Part shown: positions 13,228 to 23,709 of the stretch, one piece after another
How the letters are laid out: every line of letters begins with the position of its first letter
How positions within the stretch are numbered: position 1 is the first letter of the stretch
The notes under the pieces: model-generated
Seen by the model: the letters and a program-made list of their open reading frames with translations, nothing else
What the model was told of the DNA's origin: nothing
The model's database searches: none
Translations under genes and position numbers: made by a program
DNA from: Protoeuglena noctilucae
Taxonomy: Eukaryota
Length of the DNA: 64,000 nucleotides
Reading direction: 5' to 3'
Assembly (NCBI GenBank): GCA_958009085.1
Contig: OY253669.1
Span: 620,001-684,000, forward strand

Positions 13228-14090
13228 CTACCCTTCACATGCCGACTCGCTGCACCATGACAGGAACTCTCTTGCTCCCCCGATAAACTTGCCGTTTATA
13301 AAAACGAGGGGCCATGTGAGGTACTGCTGTGGGTCGAAGCCACACGCTGCTGGGCCAGCGCAGTGCCTGCCCAGCTGGAGACGCGCATCTCGAGGAAGCA
13401 ACGAGATGGGGGGGTCCTGCGAGGGGGCAGGCGACGAGACAAATCAGACGCTCTTCAACGCCCTCTCTCTCCACCCCGTACTATGAGGCAGGCCCAAAAG
13501 CGGCTCACCATGGCGTCGGGACTCCCCCAAAACACCCTGCCGACGATCCTGGGTTGGCCGTTGCGCCACTTCGCAGCCCGCATCAGCGTGCTCGCCGCCT
13601 GCTTGGAGTAGCCGCAGTAGTCCATGGCGTAGATGGTCACCAGCATTGTTGATGGGCCATCCGACACGGAGGGCAGCCAGCAAGTGTCGTCCGGCGCGTT
13701 GTGACACCCTGGCATCGCAGCACGCACCGCGGGATCGGCACCCACGTTGTCGCGCTGCTGGCGGCTCTGCCAGTACGCCGGAGACAGGGAACCGGTCAGC
13801 GCGGTCTTCGGCGCCGTGGACGCATCAGGGACCGCCCTCCGTGCGAGCGTGACGGGGTGGCCGCTGCCGGAAACGCGGCTGTGCGGATGCAGGGTCTCCA
13901 TGGCTGCCAGGAAGAGGAAGGCGGACAGCGCCAGCAGCGTTCCGTACACCGCCACGCGTGAAATCCTGCGCAGGACGTTTTCAGGTCCGCTCCCGTCGCT
14001 GTGGCCGAAAGCGCCGCCGTGGGCAGCGAGCGTGAAACGCACGATGATTCTCTCTCACCCGGTGCCGCCCATTCGCTCCGTGGCCAGCAT
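13228..14090 (-). CDS. Membrane-anchored monothiol glutaredoxin-domain protein (CGYS)
   Basis: Three exons: MLATERMGGTG | TM (VAVYGTLLALSAFLFLAAM)...TIYAMDYCGYSKQA...GSPDAM | DPP...YLTWPLVFINGKFIGGAREF. The TxP-VFINGKFIGG glutaredoxin motif lies in an exon missed by the ORF track. Confidence 0.8.
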
Positions 14091-14437
14091 GACGACGCAC
14101 AGGGCGCCCACTTCTACCGCCCTGTGCACATCAGGGTGCCCGGTCCTCCCGCAGGGCACCTGGCCTGCGCTTAAGCACGGCGCATGCTAAGCGCGTGTGG
14201 ACACGGTCGACGCACGGCTGCTCGGAAAGCGTTTTCGCGACATGTGCAAGGCGGTGTACCAGCAGGTTTGCCCCCGGCGCCGGTTGGCGTCCTGGGGCTT
14301 TCCAGCATTTCTCTGCGCACTATACTGGAAATGGGACTGTTCCGTAGACAGTCCGTCATCGCTGCTGTACGCGCACCCCTCTCCGCGCTTCAGGAAAACC
14401 GGATTTCGCAGAATAGTCCTCCTTGGGTCGCCTCTTC

Positions 14438-15142
14438 ATGGTGCTGGGATCCGTGCGATGGTCAGAGTTCGGGAAGTCGTTGGTGCGGGTGTCGAAGAAG
14501 ACCGCCGCTCAGCAGGTGCGCGCGGGCACCCGCCTGGGCTCGCTGTGCCGCTTTCGACGCTGTCGACGTGGTTCGTTGTTCTTTGTGGGCGGTTATGCTC
14601 GCTGGGTGACGCGCGGGAGTTTTCATGCGCCGATGGGGCCAACTCGGGGCCTGCTGACGGGGTTGGGGTATCGCAGCCGCGCGCGCGAGCCGCGCATCAT
14701 CTTCGGCGGCTGTTGATCCCCCGCGTTAACTCTGCCTTACCACAAACCGAGGGTGGTGACTCTGCCGCTCCCTGACGCTCCATCACGCCCCGCCGCTCAG
14801 GGCGTCGCCCACACGGAAACGTGCCCGCGGGCACCGAGCGCGGAGGTCCGACGGAAGGTCGATGTCGCTACTATTGAATCCGACGGAAGAGTGTCCGTAG
14901 CGAAGGTGAGGAACGCTTAAAGCTGCCCCTCGACGCGGGGGAAGAGGGCCACGGGCGACGCGCGTCCTGTAGGTGTGCGCACTGGCCCTTCGCCGCCGCG
15001 CGGATGCATGCGCTCGATATCGCCCACTCGTCACGTCATGTGTTCTGCCCCACAGGCTCCTGCTCCCAGCAAGCTCATGCCGGCTGTGGGGCCACGGTCA
15101 CCCTTGGTGGATACCATCAAGGCCCTGGAGGACATGCTATGA
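14438..15142 (+). CDS. Small orphan protein (~89 aa, 3 exons)
   Basis: Three phase-0 exons joined by GT-AG introns: MVLGSVRWSEFGKSLVRVSKKTAAQQ | GVAHTETCPRAPSAEVRRKVDVATIESDGRVSVAK | APAPSKLMPAVGPRSPLVDTIKALEDML*. Confidence 0.55.
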
Positions 15143-15356
15143 CACAGCATGACATGCTGTGATGTTGCCACACCCGGACAGAGCTGGTATCCATCGCGTG
15201 TTCACGTCCTGGCAAGGAGTTTTGGAGCGCGCGTCGGGACCAGAGGCAAGCGGCATTTGCACTTTCGATAACGCCTTTTCTACACTGACAGCGGCAGGCA
15301 TCAGACACATACACTCGCGCGTGTGAAGCGCTGATCGAAACACACGTCGCCACACG

Positions 15357-17234
15357 CTACTCATCCAGCACGGCGCTGCCGCAAAACCACCCCTCTACCG
15401 TCTCATGGCTGACGGCATTCGCGAGCCACCCCTGCGACGCCCCCTCACATGTCGCCGCCAACGGCGGCCCTTCACGCGCCAGAACCGACCCGCCGTTGTC
15501 CAGGCTTGCCGTCAGTGCTGGCGAGGCCGCGTGACCCTCGACAACCACGGTGAGCCCGACAGACGCTGGGCGTGGGCAGCTCACGGTCCCCCCGCGCATG
15601 GGCTCCGCAGCGTCGACACGCCCCCGTTCCTGTAGGGAAGAGCCACAGGTGTCGGCCACTTCGTCCATGTCCCCCAGCAGAGCATCCAACGACGCCAGGT
15701 CCATCGCGTCCCACACAGACGCGTCCATGCTGAGGCCGTCGCTGCGCCTACGCTCCCACACCGGAGGGTCGCCGGCCCGGGGAGCCGCGGCCCCCGAGGG
15801 CAGATCCAGCGCGGGGCCTTGGAAGCCGCTGCGGGCGCTGCCCGTCGCCTCGGCTGCCGAGGGAATATTGAGACCCTTGATCAGCAGCACGCCATTCCTG
15901 CCAGGAAGGGGCCCCACGTAAGAGGATGGGCCAGGCGGCGTGGCGTGGGCGAGGGGACCCTGGTTGCGGCGGACTGGCACGGCGCGTTCCGCAGGGTTGC
16001 TGGCGTCGCGGCCCGTGGTGGCAGATGCGTGGCGGGGCTCGGGGACGGGGCGGCCAAAGCGGCGCAGCAGGCCGCCGAGCTCCTCCTGTGCGCAAAGAGA
16101 GACTCGACTTGTGCGTGACTCAATCGTCTCGGCCGCAGCCCGCGGAGGTGAGGCGCAGGCAGACGCAGCGGGCGTGCGCTCACCTTGCGGACGAAACGCC
16201 CCTTAATCCGCGGCCGCTTCTGAAGGTAAAGCCTCCGCACCTCTGCCTCCATGCCCTCCGGCAGGGCATCGATCTGCAGCAGGCCGTGCGAGCAAGTCGT
16301 GCTCAGCATTCCGTGTGCCCGCGCCTCCCGGGGGGCAATGCCAAGGGGTCGTCGCTCACCTCTGCGCCATGGAGCAGCACGTCCTCCAGCGACGACTGCC
16401 CCGAGGCCACGGGCGTGCGTCGGCGCCTGGACCTGGAGGGACGCGCCGCCGAGTCGGTGGCCTCGGCCACAGCGTCCCGGGCCCGTTTCACCCCCTGGCT
16501 GGGGCCCCCGAGGGATCCGGCGTCCCCAGAGTGATCCGTGAGAATTGAAGCGGGATGGAGAGCCCCGGCAGGCGGGCACGTGTTGGCCATCCCCGCACCG
16601 CCCCACGGTGCCTCCAGCTGCCTGGTCGAGAGCGGGCCCGGAGCGACCTCGCGGGGGCACGATGGCGCCATCATCGCCCAGCCCTCCATGATGGCGTCCG
16701 TCGCTGCCACCGACCGCACGAGCCTGGGCGGGCAGTTGGGCCGCGCCTCCTCCTCTTGCAGGACGGTGCCGGCCAACAGCACCAGCTCTCGGCGCCTGGC
16801 CACTGCCGGAGACGAGCGGCTTGCGTCGTGGGGCTCCCCGGCAGCGAGCTGCTCGAGGAGGGCATCAAAGTCGCGGTCATCGGGACGCACGCTCGCGCCC
16901 GGCACCGGAGCCTCCGCGTCAGGTGGGCTGCACGCAGGCGCAAGCTTGGCGGGTTCGCGAGCCAAGCACGGAGTGTGATTGGCGATATCCCCAGCAACCG
17001 CGTCCCGAGCGCAGCAGATCCCAGGCCTGGCAGCATGGAGGCGATGCGGGAGCTAACCCGTGACGGCGTCAAATATATTGGTTATTTGGAACGAAATCGC
17101 GACAGAAAGCCTGCCGAGCTCGCGGGGATTTCGCGGGATGCCTGTCCGACCGTTTTTTCAAGCATCTCCCGCGGCATCTCCTCTCACCTCGCAGCGCCTC
17201 CAGACTTGAATCCGATCTCGCTTAAAGGTGTCAT
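15357..17234 (-). CDS. CCT-motif-containing protein (putative transcription regulator)
   Basis: A short internal exon reads IDALPEGMEAEVRRLYLQKRPRIKGRFVRK, matching the C-terminal RPRxKGRF half of the CCT motif. The flanking exons are low-complexity and splice in phase. Confidence 0.7.
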
Positions 17235-17922
17235 CGGGGTCGCCCCGCCCCCGCCCAGTTGGATGCTGCCGTTGACCCGCAGACGTCGGGACTCCGCGGG
17301 GATGCACGGTGCCTGGGGCGGAGAGAAAAAGGGCTTCTTTAAAACGTCGCACCGGTGAGATGTCAATGGGCATTGCGGATTTGCATTTTCTGCCGTTCAT
17401 GTGCCCGCACTTCGGAACCCATGTGCGCTGCGGTGCGTGGGAAACTCAGGCTGCTGCCACGCCATACTGCGATACGAAATACTATCTATATTGCGGCAGC
17501 GCACCGCGGCGATATAGAGCGCCTGCAGCAATGTTAAGGTGGCAGTTGCAGCCGCTCACCAGGCGCGATGAGGACGAACCTGCTGGTCCAGCTCGACCCC
17601 TGGAAATGGCGAATGTCGACACTCGTGGCCGAGGAGGCCTCGTTTGACGCGCCGGCGCAGCGTCAGAAAGCAGGTGGGATCTGGCAGCTTCGACTCCCTC
17701 GCCCATGGAGCCTTGGCTGCGGGCCCTTTCGAAGGCTTTCCAATCGCAGACACCCCAGCTGCGCGAATGTATCAAAACAAACGCTTCTGCTAAGCCCCAA
17801 GCGCTGCGCCACCCTTTTCGCGCAATTCCTTTCCAACCCCTGCCCGCCGCAATCTCAGCAGCTCCGTGGTGGTGAACGTCGCGCGTCTCCCATCGGGACC
17901 CCATCGAGGACCCGATGCGGGG

Positions 17923-18929
17923 ATGTTTGCTGCCGGATGTGCCCCCGCCTCCTCCCTCGCCGGCGCCTGCCCGCTGCTGCATCGCCGCCGGTGCTTAGCG
18001 ACCAGGAGTGTCTGGGTGACGGCCCAGGTGAGGGCCTGCATGGTCAGAATAGTGCCCAGCGCGGCTCTGCACCCGGCGCGGACCGCTCGCGGACCGCTCG
18101 GGCCCCTCTGGAGCGCGCAGGGGAGGCCACCTGCGGCCAGGGACGTGGCGCGCAACCGGAGGGCCAGGTTCGACTACGAAATCCTGGAAACGATTGAGGT
18201 GCCAGTCGCCGCGCTGCTCAGGACGGTCCCATGAACCACAGGGGCCCTTTTTCACTAATGCAGGCGCTGAATCCGCCGCTGGGTCGCGTCCTGTGTCGCG
18301 CAGTGCGGCGTGGTGCTCACGGGGCCCGAGGTCAAGTCGGCGCGGGCGGGCAAGGCGTCGTTGGCCCAGTCCTTCTGCCGCGTCGAGGGGGGGGAGCTGT
18401 GGATGCGGGGGTCCAACATATCTGAGAACCCGCTCGCGTCGGCGTTCGATCAGTACGACCCCAAGCGTCAGAGGAAGCTGCTGGCTAGCAAGGTGACGGT
18501 CGCTGATGCGATGCTCTAGCGGACCCTCCCGGGCCTGTTGTTGTGGCATAGTCCCCCCATGCAGGGCATAGGGAATGCCATCTGACATCGTGAGGCCGTC
18601 GTGGTGCGCAGAGGGAGATCCTCAAGCTCTCAGATAGGCAGGACAGGGAGGGGCTGACGCTCGTGCCACTGCGCATGTACTTCAAGGAGAACAGGTGTGA
18701 GGAATGAGCTGGTTGCGAGCCGCCCGCACCGCTGATGTGTGTCTTGCCACGGCACACATGCAGGGCGTGGGAAGGGCGACGGTGACGCCCCGCCCTGCCC
18801 CATGCCCGCAGGTGGTGCAAGGTCGAGGTGGCTGTGGCGCGGGGGAAGAAGGCTTACGACAAGCGAGAGACCATCAAACGTCGGGAGCAGGAGCGTGGCA
18901 TCAGGAAGATAATCAAAAGCTTTCTGTGA
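17923..18929 (+). CDS. smpB: SsrA-binding protein SmpB with an N-terminal organellar targeting extension
   Basis: VARNRRARFDYEILETIE|CGVVLTGPEVKSAR, GELW, YDPKRQRKLLASK|REILKL, GLTLVPLRMYF and CKVEVAVARGKKAYDKRETIKRREQER. Four GT-AG introns. Ala/Arg/Ser-rich N-terminus MFAAGCAPASSLAGACPLLHRRRCLATRS. Confidence 0.95.
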
Positions 18930-19160
18930 TTGGCACGCGTGGGCACTGGCGCAGCCATGCAGCCAGGCCAAGTCAGCAGCGCCCTTCGCATAGCGCCTGC
19001 AACGTGAAAGAGTTGAGGACGGTGTGGCACTAGCAGCCAGCTCCTGGAGACCTGCGGAGTCCGCTGGTTGGCACCAGGCACCGGGGCCGCAGCTGCTGCC
19101 GGGCGCAGAGGGCGCAGCTGCCGGCGTAGGGGGCCAGCGGCAGAAGGAGGCGTGCCGTTG

Positions 19161-22100
19161 ATGGACACGCCGGAGATCGGGGCCGCGCCGGCCGCGGAAA
19201 CGACCGCGGCGGGGGACCTCGGCGACGGGGCACAGCATGCAGCGATGGGGCGCGATCGCCCGCGGGACGCCGTTGATCCCAGCAAGACGGGGTTTCTTGG
19301 GACCCTGGGTCAGTTCGTCTGGGGAGCGGATCGCGCTGAGGACGGCGGGGAGCCACATCAAGGTGCCTGGGGCGAGCGCCCAAAGCGTCTCCCGCGCGCG
19401 TCGAGGCGGGGCCCAGGATAGCGCTTCCTACCCCTCGCGACATCGCCGCAGAAATCGTCGAGGTGCCGCGGGGATCGGACGTCGTGGTGCGCATCACGCT
19501 GGCGCTGATCGGCGTTCTCGCCTTTGCGGTCCGCGTGTTCAGCGTCGTGAAGTACGAGTCTGTCATCCACGAATTTGATCCATACTTCAACTATCGCGTC
19601 GTGCTGTACATCAAGGAGCACGGCATCCGCGAGTTCCTCAACTGGTGAAGAGTGCGACGCTCGCACTCGCACTGCAGCTGCTGCCCCCCTAGCGGACCCT
19701 TGCGGTGGCTGGAACCGTCGCCGTGACGGCACGCGCAGGTTTGACGACCGCACGTGGTACCCGCTCGGCCGCGTGGTGGGCAGCACCACGTACGCGGGCC
19801 TCATCTACACGGCTCTGCTGGCCTGGGGCGCCCTCCAGGCGCTCCACCTCGACGTCGATCTCCGGGAGGTGTGCGTCTACATCGGCCCGGTCTTCGCCGT
19901 CCTCGCCGCCTGGGCCACCTACGCCATGGTGTGCGAGGCACGGCCGGGCGTGCAGGGCGTGCGGGCGGGGCTGGTCGCAGCCATGGCGCTGGCCCTCTCG
20001 CCTGCGTACGTGTCCCGGAGTGCGGCCGGGGCCTTCGATCTTGAGGCTGGTGAGCGCCGCCCTGCCGCGCACGACGAGGGGGCTCTGGAAAGGGGGAGGG
20101 AGCATGGCAGCAGCTGCTGCTTTTTTGGGGGGCATGAGACTCACGACCACTCCCGGTTGGCTGCAGTGGCAATCTTCGCCATCATGTGCACCTTCTGGCT
20201 ATATCTCAAGACCATCAACACGGGGCGTCTCAGCTGGGCCGTGGCCTGCTGCCTGTCTTTTTGGTACCTGGCTGGCAGCTGGGGGGGCTACACGTACGTC
20301 ATCAACCTCATTCCCCTGGCGAGTCCCAAGTTGGCTGCTTAGACACTTGTTCGTTTCTTTCCAGAGCGTGGGCCGCAAGCCAGGCACCACCGCCAGCGTC
20401 GCGCCCCCTACATACCCCCCGCAGCATGTGGTTGCGTGCGTGCTGACGGGACGGTTCACGGCGCGCCTCTACGTCGCCTTCGCGCCTCTCGTTGCCCTGG
20501 GGACGATCATGGCTGCGACAGGTGAGTCCGATGGGCCATGTGCACAGACTCTGCAGCGCCACAGGCGGGAGTCACACGACAGGCCCGTAGGGTCGGTGGT
20601 GGATTGCGCCACCGGGTGATTCGCCATGTCGCCGCCCCCGTCCTCACCGCCGCTTCCCGCGTTCTCCCACTCAGTCCCGCCCATCAAACAGAACGCCGTG
20701 ACTGCTTCCGAGCACCTGCTGTCCTTCTTCGCCCTCGCGCTGCTCCACTTTGCCATGCTGGCGCAGTACCTGAAGCGCCTCATCCCGGCCAGCACCTACC
20801 GACGGGCCAAGGTGGGCGGAGTGAGGGGGTCCCTGATCTGCTGTGCATCAGCCCATCCCCCTCAGACTCGCACAGCCCCCCTGGCCCCTCTTCCCGCCCA
20901 CAGGCCGTCTTCCTGGTGTCCTGCGTGGTGCTCGCGGCCCTCGCTGGCTTTGGCGTGGCCCTCAAGATGTCCACCAGCGCCACCCTGGGATGGACCGGCC
21001 GCTCCCTGTCCCTGCTGGACCCCACTTACGCCGCCAAGCACATGCCACTGATCGCGAGCGTGTCGGAGCACCAGGCGAGCTGTTTGGTGACCTCACTCCC
21101 TGCCCGCCCTCCATCCATGCCGCCCCTGACCTCTACCTGCCGTCCCTGCAGCCGCCGGCCTGGCCCAACTTCATGATGGACGTGGGGCCCTTCATGCTGC
21201 TGGCCCCGGCTGGCATCGTCCTGTGCCTCGCGCCCCTCACCTACGGCACCCTCTTCCTCCTCCTCTTCGGCAGCAGCAGCATGTGGTTCACTGGTGCGTG
21301 ACGGCCCATGCGCTCCAGGGCCTCACGACCCACCGCTCCCTTCCCCGACTCGCGCTCCCCCGCGGCCCGCAGGCGTCATGATCCGGCTAATGCTGCTGTT
21401 GGCGCCGTCCGCCGCCGCGCTGGGCGGGCTCGGGGCGTCCTGGGTGATTGACGTGGGTGCCACGTCCCTGCGTGCCTGGTGGGCCCGGGACATGCTAGGG
21501 GATGGGGCCGACGCCGAGGGTGCACGGGAGGAGGCGCAGAAGGGACAGGTGAGGGGTTACGCGGCCATGGCGGGGGCGGCATGCACGTGGCTGGCCCCCG
21601 TGCGACTGACGTGTGTTCGGCCGCCCCCTGCGCAGGCAGGGCAGGGCGCCTGGGACGGCGGCGTGGACTCGGAGGGGGACCGGGCGTGGCTGGAGCACCA
21701 GGGGATCGCCGTGTCGGAGGGCGCCGAGGCGGGGCTGGCCCGGCTGCGGAGCTTCCGCCTGTCGGTGGACGATGACTCGGGCGACGACGCAGCACCGCAG
21801 GCAGAGGGGGGGGCAGAGGGGGCGGGGGGGACGCGAAGGGCCTCGGCCGAGGGCGGGAATGGCGTGGGTGCGCCGGGGAGGGCGGGACAGGAGGCTCGGA
21901 GGGCATTTGCGGAACGCAAGGCGAGTTGGCGCCGTTGCATGCGGTTGCTGGGAGAGTGGAAGGGAGCGCACTCAGTGGTGCTAGGCGCGTGTGGGATTAG
22001 GTGGCACTCCCTTCCTATCTCCGCCACGCTGCTGCTGCTGTGGCAGCCTCCCTCGCGACGCTGCCGTTACTCTGTCGTTACTCTGTTGTTACTCTGTCGC

Positions 22101-23571
22101 CGTTACTCTTGCAGGTGGCAGCGCAGGAGGCGCGGAAGGCGTCCCGGGGCTGGGTGGGTGCCTCGCTGCGCGAGTGGCGGGACCAGCGCCCCCTCAAGGC
22201 CTCGGCGCGCGTCTTGCCCCCCGACGTGGCCTGCGTGGCCCTGGCGGTGGTCCTGGGCATCCTCACATGGAACCTCCTCCACGGCGTGTGGGTGGCAGCC
22301 AACGTCTACTCGTCCCCGTCCAGTGAGCCCGGCGGGGGAGACCCCCGCGTGCAGCCAGCGGTGGCGGGAGTGGCTAGCGGCTAGCGGTTGGCGTGGCTGG
22401 GGTGCACCATGGCCGGCTGTGCCACCCATGCCGCTCAGGCTCACCTTGCGCGTGACTCCCCCTGCACCCAGTTTGGCTCGAGTACCGCAGCAAGGATGGC
22501 CCCGTGCGCATCGATGACTTCCGCGAGGCATACGCATGGCTGGAGGTGTGCGGGGGTGGAGCAGTGGCAGCCACGACTGCGGCGGGGCGAACCCTCATGG
22601 CGGGACCCGCGGGGTCTCGCAAGTTGCCGTGGCTGCTGCAGCGCTGCAGTTTGCGCGTGTCTGCGCAGACAAGGGGGGCTCCCGCACCCGCAGAGCAACA
22701 CGCCAAGGGACGCGACGATCGGGTCTTGGTGGGACTACGGCTACCAGGCGGCGCAGATGAGCGACCGCATCACGCTGACCGACAACAACACCTGGAACAC
22801 CACGCACATCGCCACGGTGGCCCGCGCCCTGTCCAGCCCCGAGAGACAGGTCCGTTCGGGGGCGTGGCACGGCCAGCGACGGGGATCATGAAGGAACCTT
22901 TGCTGGAGCGACACCTGGTCGCCGCTTGCTCCGCCACGTCTCTTGCTTGCTCCCTGCAGGGCTGGGAGATCCTCCGGCAGATGGGCGCGGACTACTTCTT
23001 TGTGCTCTACGGCGGCAACGTCAACTACCCCCCCGACGACATGAACAAGTTCTCGTGGATCATCAAGATTGCGTCCAAGGAGTACCCGGAGATCAAGGAG
23101 GACCTCATCTACTCCCTGGACAACATGGGGCAGTACTTCAGGCGAGGGGCAGCGGGGGAGGGGCGCAGTGGGATGGGCAGCGCGGCATGACTGCAGCGCG
23201 TGGGCCAAGGTGAGAGTCACGGCTGCACTCTCCGTGTCCCCAGCGTCGGGCCTCGCTCCCCCAAGTACCTCCGCGACAGCCTGATGTACAAGCTGTCATA
23301 CCACCGCATCCACCGGGACTCGCACTTCTTGGGGTCGGACGGCGACTCGGTGCGAGGGGAGATGCCCGTCCCCGTGGACCTGGCATGGTTCGACGAGGTG
23401 TACAGCACGCAGAGGTGAGGGGGAGGAGGCTACGGCGGCCTATGCCGGGGTACAATGCGTGGAGTGCGTGACCGGACGGCCCGGCTCGCATGCAGGCAAA
23501 TGATGCGTATATATCGACTGCGGGACCCCCCCCTGCGACCGGGTGGCAAGCCACTGCCGGCACGAGACTAG
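19161..23571 (+). CDS. STT3: Oligosaccharyltransferase catalytic subunit STT3 (divergent, ~16 introns)
   Basis: [86 protein letters not shown] and LMYKLSY. The last exon QMMRIYRL...D* ends at TAG 23569-23571. Confidence 0.95.
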
Positions 23572-23709
23572 TGCGTGGTGGACCATTAGCAAAACCATGG
23601 CTGCCACCGTTGTGTATTGAGCCACGCACCACCGTTCAAACAAGCTAGAGTCGCGATCACGCGAAGGCAGAAAGCAAAACTCAAAGTTTGCTGACGCGCG
23701 AGATGGAAA

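Noticed and set aside
11676..18929. Bacterial contamination or a recent HGT island (glpX plus smpB)
   Set aside because: Both genes have multiple spliceosomal introns and host-like composition, and eukaryotic genes lie between them.
20812..20903. STT3 intron with complementary ends (gtgggcgg...ccgcccac), suggestive of an introner
   Set aside because: This is a single case with no sequence shared with other introns. G-rich 5' and C-rich 3' intron ends make such pairing likely by chance.
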